A stretch of 64,000 nt of DNA from a virus, in the IMG/VR virus record IMGVR_UViG_3300019776_000252, positions 10,704 through 74,703 of that record. One strand, 5' to 3'. Shown here in pieces: positions 29,501 through 38,647 of the stretch. Numbering within the stretch: position 1 is the first letter of the stretch; each line of letters begins with the position of its first letter. Under the pieces are notes generated by a model. That model was not told where the DNA came from. It saw only the letters and a list, made by a program, of their open reading frames with translations, and did not search any database. The translations under genes and the position numbers were made by a program.

Positions 29501-32500
29501 AGGCTATCTTTGAGTTTGTTGTTGCCCATGAGCTAGGACACGTTAAAGACAAAGAGACTGCTTATGCCTCTGAGAATGCAGAAGAACTCTCTTATGGTGG
29601 TATCGTCTATACTGAAATTTCCAAGGCTCTGAAAGCCAATCAGCTAAGTCCTCTGGCTCAGATGGCCTTTGGGCAGATCTTTAAGGCTGGATTCAAAGGT
29701 AATGTTCCCAAGGAAATCTTCGCTAATCTTCATGCTTTTGCAAGCATCCAACCTGACCTTCTAAAGAAAGAGCTTCCCAATGGATACCAATTCATCCAAG
29801 GACCAGACACAGCAACAACCGGAAACCAAGGAACAACCGAAACAACTCAAGATAGTTCCGTTTCCAGCGTATCTGAACGACCTGCTGACACAAAATCTAC
29901 CGAGTCAACAGACACCGGAACAGAGTCCCAAACAGGAAAGCTAGACGCACTAGTAGGTGATAAGTCTTCCAAGAATTCACCGTTTATTGAACGTAACCTG
30001 CTTGTAGATCATGTTACTCAGCAGATTGGTGATGAGACTAATCTCAACTATCAACGTCCTCTTGTAGCAGTAAAGAACTTCTTTAGTACTGCAGCAGGTA
30101 AGTTCACAGACTTCCTTGCTAAAGGTAGCTACACAGCTTCTGAGAAACAGAATGCTGCTCTTGGCTTGTTCAACTCTATTACTCCTTTGTGGAGCAAGAT
30201 CATTAATAATGATCTGGTTGAGGAAGATAAGAAGTTTCACTACACCACACCATTTAACTGGCTCATCAAGAAAGAAGGCAATAAGCTTCAACTTGAAGAG
30301 AACGTTACTACTGCAATGGTGTATGCAGCACTGAATGCTCTTACTGAACTAGATAGTAAAGGCATCTACAACACCCAAGAAACTATTGCTTCTATGGTTG
30401 GTTTGTCTTCTGTAGCAGGCATTACTCCACAGATGACAGCTACCCTTACTGATGTGGGTATGCGAGCCAATGTATTCCGTAATGCTATTGGTTCTTCAGC
30501 CATGCAAGCTCTTGGCTTCAAGGTAGATAAAGATGCTCCTAAGAACTTAGAAGCACGTCTTGAAGCTGGATTTGCAGGACGTATTGAGAAGCTGCTTATT
30601 GATCGTGGCTTGGTAGAAGTACGGGATATCCCCGCTGCTGAGATGCAGCAGATTGAGAACTCTGTAGCTTTATTTGAAGGACGTAAAGCTCGTAGCTTTG
30701 ATGCCGGTACTAAGTTCAAATTTATCCGTCTAAAGCGTCAAGGAGATAAACTACATCCAGATGTAACTAATCTCTTGGATTCTTTGAAGGGTAGTAATGG
30801 CATTCTGGATAAGCTGTTTGGTGTTCAATCCAACATCAAATATCCTAGTCTTACTCCATTGAACTATGTTCAAACCAAAACAAAAGGCAAACAAGAAGTA
30901 CCAAGTCTTCTTGCAGAAGTGAACCAGCAAAACCAACAAACAAAGAACTTTGTTCGTGAGGATTTGTGGCGTGTTCTTTCTGGTTTGGATTCCTCTGTTA
31001 TTGAAGGTTTGATTGGTATTGTTCCTGAAGGTGCAGATCAGCCAGTAGCTAATGCCCTGTCTACCAAAGCCAAGAATGATGGCTTGCGTAGGGAATGGGC
31101 GATTGCTACCGACTTTGTAAACGACATTCTTCTTAAGACAGCAGAGGGCTTCAATCAGCCTATCTACTTCTCGTATGACACATGGATTCAACAACGTGTT
31201 GGTCTTGATGGTTCTTTGAATCCACAATCCAGCAAGATCCATCGTGCATTGATGACCAAGGAAACTTGGAAGACAGAGATTGATCCCAACAACCTTGGCA
31301 AAGTAGCTTTCATGAAGCTGTTTGTTGCAGAGTCTTTCGGTGTCAAGATTGATCGGATGGACCCAGCTAATTCTTTAGAAAAGTTTAGTAATAAGCTGGC
31401 TGATCCTGTAATTGCTAAGGCAATTGACGATATTCAAGCCAACATCTATGAAGGTACTTCATTAGATTCTGAAAGCCAAGACAATCTACTCAAAGCAGTT
31501 CGTAAAGGTGGTGAGAACCTAGCGACAATGGATGCTATTGTTGCTATGGCTCACTTGCAGCAAGCTATTGCTACTAATAAGCCTGTTACTGTAAGTCTAC
31601 CTGCTAGTGTTGACGGAGTTACCAATGGTCCTATTCTTGGTTTGATTCTGTTCAGTGCTGGCTTGGATGTTAAGTCTTTGAACTATCTAGCTGAGAAAGG
31701 CGGTATCTATACCGATGCTTCTAATGCAGAAGACTTTCCTGAATGGAAAGACAACCCAGCTAATAAAGATCTGTACGAAACAGTAATGGATGACGTATTG
31801 AAACATGTACGTAAAGCCATTGAAAGTGGTCAAGTACCAGTAGAACTAGCTAAGGCTGTTAGCTTCTTCACAGGAGATCTCCGTGAGAAAGACAAGCCTA
31901 CTTCTATTAGTTCTGCAGCACGTAAGATCATCAAGCCACCAGTAACTGAATCAGTATTTGGTGCTGGAGTGTCTACGTCTATTGAGCACATGGCTTTGAA
32001 TTTTGTTGACTCTGTTTATGCCAAGCTTGCAGAAGTCAACCTTATGGACGAAGCAGACAAAGCCGAAGCAGTAAAACACATTAATTACTTACTCTATACA
32101 GGTGGTTCAAAGCTTCGTTTGAATGCTTCTCAGAACCTTAATGATTCGTTCTTACAACCAGAAATCAATGCTATTAAGCAGGCTTTTGGTGACTTGTTTG
32201 GTGAAGCAGTTACCCAAACAATGGAAACACAATTCAGTGCTTTCAAGGAATCTACTCGTACCTATAACCAGTTGGCTTCTACTCTTAACAGCATCTATGA
32301 AAACATCTATGTTGTTAAGCGCCAAGAGTTTATTCAAGAGCTTATTGCTAAGGAAAAAGCAAAGCCTGGTACTGGAATGCCTTATGGATTGGGTAAAGTT
32401 GATCCCAATACAGGCAAACCAATTAAGGACAAGGAAACCCCTTTACGTGATCTAACAACCAAGGAAGAGGAAGAGCTTGCTAAACGACTAGCTCCTGTAT

Positions 32501-35500
32501 TCCCTATTGTTCAGACACTGCTCTCTAGGGAAAGCAACCAACCAAACGCAGGATTGCGTATTGCTTCTATTACAGAAGATCTTAAGCTAAATCCTTTGTA
32601 TCGAACAGCTACCAAGTTCAAGAATGTAATCACTAGTAGTGATTCCAGCTTGTGGGGAAAACACAGCCTAGTAACTCAAAGTTTTACTGAGACTTTTGAA
32701 GATCCGGGTGTAGCAATGCTTCCATTGCTTATCCACTCTTTGGATAGCTACATCTCTCACACGACACAGAAAGACATGGAACTATTGAATGTCCATGACT
32801 CTGTTGTTGGTGGTTTAAACACTATTGCAGAAGCCAGTGAAAAGATTAACAAAGTTACCTTTAATGCTCTGCTGAAGTTCTCTCCAATGGGTGAGATGTA
32901 CCATTCACTAGAGAACATGATTACTGGTTTATCTTTGTTAAAAGACCGTAATGAACTGACACCAGAGATTCTTAGCAAGCTAGGTAAAGAAGGCTCTTTT
33001 GTTAAGAAGCTGATGAATACTCATGCAGCAGTACGTGAAGCTGATACAGCCAAACTTAATGCAATGCTTAAGTGGGTTTCTGTTAATCAGTATGCTCTTA
33101 CTGGTGGTGCTTACACAGTTACCGAGGAAGATACCAAGGCAGTAGAGAAAGCTTTGGAAGCTACCAAAGAGCCTATTAATCCTTTGATCTTGCAACGTGC
33201 TCGTGATCTGGACAAGTTGTTTAAGGCTAAGGATACCCAAGACAACAAGCCAAAGGCAGACAACGCACCAATATTGCCACCAAGCAATACCTACAGTACT
33301 CATGACATTTTTAATGCCATTGATACGAATGGTGTTAGCCCTACCTTTAGGGATCATCTAAGCAAGATCTTGACTGACATTGTTGAGCGTCTTCATGGTT
33401 CATTTGGTACTCTTACCGAAGCCATGATGAAAGACACTCCATTGGCACCAATTGATGTGTTCTCTACCGCTATGGCTACTGGTGTAGCTCCCTTTGCTTC
33501 TGAACTGGTTGCTTCTGGTTTCAAGTTTGACAACCAAAGCATGTTTGTTGCAGAACAGATCGAAGCCACAGTACGTAGCTTGATCAGCAATGGCAACCAG
33601 AACAACTCCGTTGTTTACAACGAACTAGTTCGCTTGGAGAAGGAAACTCGTCAACGTCTTAAGGTTCAAGACTTCCATAAAGGTGACTGGAATACAGCAA
33701 ACCAACAGGAAAAAGACAAGGCACAAGCCTTGTACGACTACCTTTTTAACAAGGTAGATACCAATTACTTGGCTAGGTTTGCTGCTCTTGGTTTGGCTCA
33801 TGAAGACTTCAATAAGCTCTTGCAAGTTCCAACCAAGTTGGCTCCCAAGATCATGGAAGACAAGACTATTGCAGGTGTATTGGGCCGAGTCTTCCAGAAG
33901 ATTACTCAGTTGATCAACGGTAAATTGACCAACACAAAGCCAGGACAAGCAGCAGACCTTAAATTGAATCTGTTGGTTCGTCAATTGGTAGAGATTGAGA
34001 ACAAACGCAAAGTCATGTTGACTATGAAAGATACCAGCTTGGTTTCATTCATGGATAAGACTATGCGTGCTACTCGTAAGGGTGCTAGAACTCAATTTGC
34101 CAACGTATTGAACAGCAGCATGTTCATGCATAACAAGAACGCAGTTATTAGTGCTGGTTCTAGGTTTGCCAATGCTATTGCGAATAATCAATTGAAGTAC
34201 TGGTTTAAGGGAATGCAAATCCTTCGCAACCGTACTATCAAAGATATTCAAGGTACAGGAGCATCAATACTTGGTGAGATGAATGGTCCAGCAATGTCTA
34301 TTGCTACTATCTTCCGTCTTACTAAGACGTTGGAAAAGCATCGTAAAGACGCTATTACTTTCACCAGTAAGGCAGTAATTGAGTCCTTTGTGAACAAAGG
34401 CAAAGACCTAACGACAAGCGCAAAAGCAAGCATTAGCAATGTGTTGCTTCGTTCCGGTGCTTATGTCTTGCAATCTAAGTACGACATGAAGCAGTTGGAA
34501 ACATTGCTTCGTGATACCACTGCTTTGAATAAAGAAATCCAAAGCCATGAAGATCTCTTGAAGCAAGAAGCAGGAACAGACTATGGCTACGTACAGGCAC
34601 AGTCAGCAGCTTTGGGTTATTTCTTGGTAACAGGACAATCCACAATTGAGTACCTACTTAAGAACGCAAACAACATTGCTAAGTTGGCAGGTACAAAGAA
34701 TTATGGAAAATTCTCCCCCGCCCAAGAAAAGAAAGTAACTGAATTGGTAGATGTGTTGACCAGCTTGTACGCACTTCGGTACAACACAGCCACAGCACGT
34801 AACGAAGTAGCAGACGTATTGGGCAAAGAGAACGCACGAACAGACGAAGACCACGGTATTCGTATGGTGTTTGCCCAGCATGAGCAGCTAGAACTGGATG
34901 CTAAGGAACGTCTGTTTGATGGCTCTGAGGCATTGATGCAGAAGGGATATACCCCAGAGATTTATAACCCCCACACAGACATTCAAGTAGTGGAAGCAGG
35001 CATGGGTAAAGACCTAGAAAATCTTGGCTACACCAAGGTTTCTAAGCTTGGTTTAGATCCTATGGACCCAGCCACATCCTCTAAGGAAATGTACGTTCTT
35101 AGAGATGGTGGTTTGCTTCCTTGGCTTTCTGGCATCTTTTCTTACACCAGTATGAAGGCCAAGGGAACGCAGGTACATAGTGGCTATAACCAACAGGTGC
35201 ATAACCAGATCATGTTGGATAAGCAGAATGCTATGGCTAAGTACACAGGTACATTTGACCCTACAAAGGTAACTGCTAACTACACAGTTCCTCTGTTGAA
35301 TTCCAACATGTATCCGGTCAACTTCCAATACATGATGACCAGTGATACCAAAGATACTTTGCTTGAGCGCAATAACGACATGGCATCTATCTTGGGTACA
35401 TTGGCAGGTAATACCTACGACAAGGAAGCTTCTAGCGTACAGAACAAAAAGGCTGTGGAACTCTTCTATAAAGAGTTTAAAGCTAACTACACAAAGCATC

Positions 35501-36744
35501 CTGATGGCTTTATGGCTGTTAGTGCTACTAGTTCTATTCCTGAGCTACGTGAAATCTATTCAATGCTTCCTAAAGCCACCAAGGATCACATTCGTGAAAT
35601 CTGGGGTAAGGATGAAATGCTTATTGATGTAGCCAATCTGGATATTGCTTTTGGATATCGCAAGAAGAGCCTGTCTACAGTGTTTGACAAGGATGAAGCA
35701 GAACGTAACTCACTAGAGAAGCTGTTCCACTTCGTAGTAACCAGAATGCTCTATGACTATGCACGAGTAATGAAGCACATGTCTGTAGCAGATGCAGAAA
35801 CATTCTCTAAGAGTGCTGCTGTACGTGTTCGTAGAGCAGAGAACATGTGGCAAGCTCTGGTTCACGAAGTTAAAGATATCTATGTAGTAAAGAACATTAC
35901 TACTTCACTGGATAACATCAAGAGTAACTACATCATGCTGATGTTGTACGGTGTTCCAGTGATGGATATTGTTAAAGATACTACTGTAGCTTGGATTGAA
36001 GCAAGTAAGTATCGTAAGACTACTGAAGAAGTAGCCTTACTTAAGGCTAAGTTAGCTAAAGGCTACACACAAGGTAGTACTAAACGTATTGAAAATGAGA
36101 TTGCTCGTCTTGAATCTAACCTTAGTAATAGTCCTGTGCATGAGCTAATGGTTGCTGGCATGATGCCAACAATTGTGGAAGATGTTGGTGCTGTAGATGA
36201 TCCTTATTCTTATAAGGCTGGTTTCATCCATAAGATGGAGAAGTTCACTAATAAGATTAATCCACATGTTAAAAATGTGGCTAAACATGTCTACATGGCC
36301 CACGACACACCACAATATAAGGTGTTAAGCCAGATCACTCAATTGAGTGACTTTGTTGGTAAGTATGCTCTGTATAAGCACCTTACTACCCGCAAGCACA
36401 ACCCTATTGCTAAGGATGTTGCTATGCAGGAAGTATCAGACGCATTTATTAACTACGATATCCCAATGCATCGAAATCTCCAATATTTGGATGACATGGG
36501 TTTTAGCATGTTTAATAAATACTTCTTGCGTATTCAGCGTGTAATTCGTGGTCGCTTTATTCACGCTTCAGGAAAGATGGCTGGAATGATGTTCTTTGAA
36601 AAGAACGTAACCAATCTGCCTACTATTCTGGATTCCTCTGTATTGCTTAGGTTTGGCAATAATCCATTCTCTCTAGGAGCTTTGAATTACCCAAGTGCTC
36701 TTGGTGAGTTACCTGCACTGAAGATGGTTAGTAGCATCTTCTAA
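26554..36744 (+). CDS. Virion-encapsidated RNA polymerase (N4 gp50-like vRNAP)
   Basis: 3396 aa; LNPQSSKIHR, motif A DGVTNG, motif B RKIIKPPVTESVFG, motif C NVHD; no cysteine seen on reading, as in N4 vRNAP. Confidence 0.96.
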   Translation: MAEDYRDYFNNKLSQELAATSQKFGRDTRFADLQAATNEKIAQLGILREEAIKQREIDNQSWVKKLDLDPNGLAADIANIGASVYQGISNNIVGPTVALPHTVGAILDQARLTSAEQEAYTRYKQNQATPEDIAMLNQRKGVYTPSAMELARNAEDNRKTATDIRDAFNRDEVIYSADRRKLSQDLGQDFQSAWDQTGLENLFTKGKEIGGAGDVVSGLAKLIYNAGKAAVNNPAASMQYMAENLPQMFVGGAGKAGSAALALTNAQYGADLYFKSVQKYQADNNGAMPPPELAQSLALQAAGAAALEHAGELGQLKAAGKIGNAATEATKAEATKGFKEAILNAAKPLVPGIKATAAGMADEAITEGVQTYLEGNLDFKPATAKDIYEGAAIGGISGGGLSGSHKVVQQLTGTTEEAIAKKKEDFIAAVGYAQNVKDNNADFYLTPENNDPVKAMKVLFDHAQSDAATPETKVQNYAKALEILDQMESEVAKKQSILDYAGETREELNRAIESATQQLQNLDLNQPDQAKKAEVFQNAIDERQAAIELQDGGTTAIQRQQAEVDASNKKIKTATNLQVQLANTTKVLASQEQVNTDISVANSPVNIADPASIDAATKSIERVIQVTYASPDKVSPQQALAIADNMDNGLTEPQRTYLREFSKARIEQNLLETTESVNSTILNGSKAHKGVLTYQAQIGDALLNNDFARATRLVGLLSNFANDHTQKAEVATKALEQAIATKRSVQVIKTAGSNGTWQINTGKPLGRDEMAAMGGVTAHPNSPKSRALIASIPLEAKILQSTHAAQVAAMNLRFAGSTASATPATQTTATPSSVAPVASAVPKTTVESPTPNSPINNQSENKSEDAARTDITSSTSAGTGSLREPLTDPVKDTANLAKHQPLVSDRKLEVLNDVQRAKLEDVLQKLAGYYGNQINSVTFYIQDKLDANGKPELAAAFIDDKVQAIGLHSSLFGTFNLTSVTDEAIFEFVVAHELGHVKDKETAYASENAEELSYGGIVYTEISKALKANQLSPLAQMAFGQIFKAGFKGNVPKEIFANLHAFASIQPDLLKKELPNGYQFIQGPDTATTGNQGTTETTQDSSVSSVSERPADTKSTESTDTGTESQTGKLDALVGDKSSKNSPFIERNLLVDHVTQQIGDETNLNYQRPLVAVKNFFSTAAGKFTDFLAKGSYTASEKQNAALGLFNSITPLWSKIINNDLVEEDKKFHYTTPFNWLIKKEGNKLQLEENVTTAMVYAALNALTELDSKGIYNTQETIASMVGLSSVAGITPQMTATLTDVGMRANVFRNAIGSSAMQALGFKVDKDAPKNLEARLEAGFAGRIEKLLIDRGLVEVRDIPAAEMQQIENSVALFEGRKARSFDAGTKFKFIRLKRQGDKLHPDVTNLLDSLKGSNGILDKLFGVQSNIKYPSLTPLNYVQTKTKGKQEVPSLLAEVNQQNQQTKNFVREDLWRVLSGLDSSVIEGLIGIVPEGADQPVANALSTKAKNDGLRREWAIATDFVNDILLKTAEGFNQPIYFSYDTWIQQRVGLDGSLNPQSSKIHRALMTKETWKTEIDPNNLGKVAFMKLFVAESFGVKIDRMDPANSLEKFSNKLADPVIAKAIDDIQANIYEGTSLDSESQDNLLKAVRKGGENLATMDAIVAMAHLQQAIATNKPVTVSLPASVDGVTNGPILGLILFSAGLDVKSLNYLAEKGGIYTDASNAEDFPEWKDNPANKDLYETVMDDVLKHVRKAIESGQVPVELAKAVSFFTGDLREKDKPTSISSAARKIIKPPVTESVFGAGVSTSIEHMALNFVDSVYAKLAEVNLMDEADKAEAVKHINYLLYTGGSKLRLNASQNLNDSFLQPEINAIKQAFGDLFGEAVTQTMETQFSAFKESTRTYNQLASTLNSIYENIYVVKRQEFIQELIAKEKAKPGTGMPYGLGKVDPNTGKPIKDKETPLRDLTTKEEEELAKRLAPVFPIVQTLLSRESNQPNAGLRIASITEDLKLNPLYRTATKFKNVITSSDSSLWGKHSLVTQSFTETFEDPGVAMLPLLIHSLDSYISHTTQKDMELLNVHDSVVGGLNTIAEASEKINKVTFNALLKFSPMGEMYHSLENMITGLSLLKDRNELTPEILSKLGKEGSFVKKLMNTHAAVREADTAKLNAMLKWVSVNQYALTGGAYTVTEEDTKAVEKALEATKEPINPLILQRARDLDKLFKAKDTQDNKPKADNAPILPPSNTYSTHDIFNAIDTNGVSPTFRDHLSKILTDIVERLHGSFGTLTEAMMKDTPLAPIDVFSTAMATGVAPFASELVASGFKFDNQSMFVAEQIEATVRSLISNGNQNNSVVYNELVRLEKETRQRLKVQDFHKGDWNTANQQEKDKAQALYDYLFNKVDTNYLARFAALGLAHEDFNKLLQVPTKLAPKIMEDKTIAGVLGRVFQKITQLINGKLTNTKPGQAADLKLNLLVRQLVEIENKRKVMLTMKDTSLVSFMDKTMRATRKGARTQFANVLNSSMFMHNKNAVISAGSRFANAIANNQLKYWFKGMQILRNRTIKDIQGTGASILGEMNGPAMSIATIFRLTKTLEKHRKDAITFTSKAVIESFVNKGKDLTTSAKASISNVLLRSGAYVLQSKYDMKQLETLLRDTTALNKEIQSHEDLLKQEAGTDYGYVQAQSAALGYFLVTGQSTIEYLLKNANNIAKLAGTKNYGKFSPAQEKKVTELVDVLTSLYALRYNTATARNEVADVLGKENARTDEDHGIRMVFAQHEQLELDAKERLFDGSEALMQKGYTPEIYNPHTDIQVVEAGMGKDLENLGYTKVSKLGLDPMDPATSSKEMYVLRDGGLLPWLSGIFSYTSMKAKGTQVHSGYNQQVHNQIMLDKQNAMAKYTGTFDPTKVTANYTVPLLNSNMYPVNFQYMMTSDTKDTLLERNNDMASILGTLAGNTYDKEASSVQNKKAVELFYKEFKANYTKHPDGFMAVSATSSIPELREIYSMLPKATKDHIREIWGKDEMLIDVANLDIAFGYRKKSLSTVFDKDEAERNSLEKLFHFVVTRMLYDYARVMKHMSVADAETFSKSAAVRVRRAENMWQALVHEVKDIYVVKNITTSLDNIKSNYIMLMLYGVPVMDIVKDTTVAWIEASKYRKTTEEVALLKAKLAKGYTQGSTKRIENEIARLESNLSNSPVHELMVAGMMPTIVEDVGAVDDPYSYKAGFIHKMEKFTNKINPHVKNVAKHVYMAHDTPQYKVLSQITQLSDFVGKYALYKHLTTRKHNPIAKDVAMQEVSDAFINYDIPMHRNLQYLDDMGFSMFNKYFLRIQRVIRGRFIHASGKMAGMMFFEKNVTNLPTILDSSVLLRFGNNPFSLGALNYPSALGELPALKMVSSIF

Positions 36745-36778
36745 TAAAAAGAAAGCCCTCTAATGAGGGCTTTCCTTA
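36743..36778. terminator. Bidirectional terminator at the convergence point
   Basis: GAAAGCCCTC-TAAT-GAGGGCTTTC with A-run on the left. Confidence 0.85.
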
Positions 36779-36982
36779 TTAGTCATCTTTACGCTTCCCA
36801 AATAGTAATTCTTTAATAGCCACTGCTACTACAAGTACCACTACAAAGAATGATTGCATAAAGCTGAAAATGCTAGAGATTATGACTCCACTAGCAATAA
36901 CCGCTGCTCCAGCTACTGCAGCAAATACTGCTACAACAACTGCAAATATCGAGCCTGCTAGGTGGAAAAGAACTTTGAACAT
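36779..36982 (-). CDS. Small membrane protein
   Basis: Two hydrophobic segments and a charged tail. Confidence 0.65.
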   Translation of the reverse strand: MFKVLFHLAGSIFAVVVAVFAAVAGAAVIASGVIISSIFSFMQSFFVVVLVVAVAIKELLFGKRKDD

Positions 36983-36990
36983 CCTATGCC

Positions 36991-37239
36991 TTAGTTAAAG
37001 AGCGTAGGTGTTGGAGCTTCTTTCTTGGCTTCTGCAACAGGTTCTGCTGCTGTCATAGTCATCAGAGTCTGTGTTGTGTCTTTGGCGTCATTGATCTCAA
37101 CTTCAGCAGACAGGCCATTGTCCCTACGTCCAGAGGTGAACGTAACGTCAACAGTCTTACCCACCAGATTGATACCTTGTTGGATGATGTAGAGGCGAAG
37201 TCCTGCTTCAATCTCTGATTGTTTCAGTTGAATTTGCAT
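36991..37239 (-). CDS. N4-like conserved small protein
   Basis: MQI.L.Q.EIE..L..YI...G and F.SGR..NGLSAEV motifs. Confidence 0.7.
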   Translation of the reverse strand: MQIQLKQSEIEAGLRLYIIQQGINLVGKTVDVTFTSGRRDNGLSAEVEINDAKDTTQTLMTMTAAEPVAEAKKEAPTPTLFN

Positions 37240-37247
37240 AAGTTTCC

Positions 37248-37814
37248 TTAATGTTTGGTTAGTGACAACAGTTGCTTAAAGGTGTTACTTGCGATACCTG
37301 CATGGATAGCGGCTGTTGCATCAGCTTGATGTTCTGCTTTGGAAGCATTGACCAAGATAGAGCCTTTCTCCACATAGGTAGGCCAGTTAGCTTCTGGATG
37401 GCTTTTCATTGCCCAAGAAATCATCTCTGCTTTAGAAGCAGTGATCTTTCCAGGGCCTGCGAGTTTAACCTCAGAAGGTGTGACTTCAATCAAGGGAAAT
37501 CCTTGAGCACGTAACGAACCTAGAACACCGACACAGATCCCATAAGAAGCCATAGCCCTTGCTGTTTGGCTTCCTACAGGAACCTCTGCGAAGATAGCAT
37601 GAGCGTCTTTACAGGCGTCCAGCGTACCCTCGTAGAGTTGCTTAGAGGATTCAAGATCCAAGCTATTCTGTCGAGTTTGTTTGGCTTTAGGTAGGGCTGG
37701 ATTGATTACAGATACTTGTTCCACAATCAATAGCTTACTTTCGGTGTCATAGACCCCGATTGCCATACCCCAATTTCTTAGACTTGGGTCTAAACCCACT
37801 AATTTCCACAGCAT
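37248..37814 (-). CDS. RuvC-like Holliday junction resolvase
   Basis: VGLDPSLRNWG, FAEVP, VTP.EVK, EHQADA catalytic pattern. Confidence 0.85.
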   Translation of the reverse strand: MLWKLVGLDPSLRNWGMAIGVYDTESKLLIVEQVSVINPALPKAKQTRQNSLDLESSKQLYEGTLDACKDAHAIFAEVPVGSQTARAMASYGICVGVLGSLRAQGFPLIEVTPSEVKLAGPGKITASKAEMISWAMKSHPEANWPTYVEKGSILVNASKAEHQADATAAIHAGIASNTFKQLLSLTKH

Positions 37815-37821
37815 ATTTATC

Positions 37822-38091
37822 CTAGTGTTTAGTAGAAGAATCAGATTCTTCCATTTCAGCTACAAAAGGCAACTCACCTAATTCAGACAAAGCAATTGAT
37901 ACACCAAGCTCGAATCCCTTACGGAATTCCCCAGTCATTTTCACTGGTTCAGCTTCGTTAATCATTACTTCGGCATCTTCAGGCACAGTAAGCATGTGGT
38001 TCAGTATGGCTACCTTACGCTGATGCCAACGTGATAGCAAACCAACAAAGTGGTTTATGTCCTTGATTTCTAGGGTGTCTGGTGATTCCAT
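37822..38091 (-). CDS. Hypothetical protein
   Basis: 89-aa ORF in operon; AGGA RBS; ELPF motif. Confidence 0.65.
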   Translation of the reverse strand: MESPDTLEIKDINHFVGLLSRWHQRKVAILNHMLTVPEDAEVMINEAEPVKMTGEFRKGFELGVSIALSELGELPFVAEMEESDSSTKH

Positions 38092-38099
38092 TGGTTTCC

Positions 38100-38480
38100 T
38101 TATTTAGAAAGACGCTCTTTTAAGGCGTATCCCATCAAAGGCCAGATTTTCTGTTTAGCGTTTTCTCTAGCAATTTTTTTGCCAATATCGGCATCAAAAT
38201 TCTCAGGAGAGGCACAAGCACTTTCGCCGGTAACGGTGAAGCCATTTCGTAATACCAATACACAAAAGGTTAAAAGATCTAGTGATTTCTCATAGACAGC
38301 ATTAGGACGTTGATTGGAGACTTCTTCTCCAAATACTCCCTCAGAGGCTGTAAAGAAATAGCAAGAGACAATGTTTTCTTCAATGTCTTGTGGTGTTACT
38401 CGTGGCTTGGTAAGTCCCTTAGCTACGATTTCTTGTTCGATAGCAGAATCATCAGTCCTGGGTGAAGATATGTTATGCAT
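38100..38480 (-). CDS. N4 Gp49 / Sf6 gp66 family protein
   Basis: PRVTP, LTFCVLVLRNGFTVTGESACASPENFD..IG...A...A..KIW.L.GY. Confidence 0.88.
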   Translation of the reverse strand: MHNISSPRTDDSAIEQEIVAKGLTKPRVTPQDIEENIVSCYFFTASEGVFGEEVSNQRPNAVYEKSLDLLTFCVLVLRNGFTVTGESACASPENFDADIGKKIARENAKQKIWPLMGYALKERLSK

Positions 38481-38496
38481 AAGAGTACTCAGGCAA

Positions 38497-38523
38497 TAAA
38501 AAAGCCCTCAGTTAAGAGGGCTT
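38497..38523 (-). terminator. Terminator after the SSB operon
   Basis: Minus strand AAGCCCTC-TTAACT-GAGGGCTT followed by T-run. Confidence 0.8.
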
Positions 38524-38544
38524 CGGAATCTATGCTGAATTGAT

Positions 38545-38592
38545 TCAGCACTTCTTCGGAGGTTTCTTACCAGCAGCTTTTTTGGTTGCCAT
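38545..38592 (-). CDS. 15-aa lysine-rich micropeptide
   Basis: MATKKAAGKKPPKKC; GAAAGG RBS 5 nt upstream; between SSB and terminator. Confidence 0.55.
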   Translation of the reverse strand: MATKKAAGKKPPKKC

Positions 38593-38647
38593 GATAGCCT
38601 TTCAGTTAATGTAGGGAAACGCTCCCTACGGGCGGTTTGATTATAAA

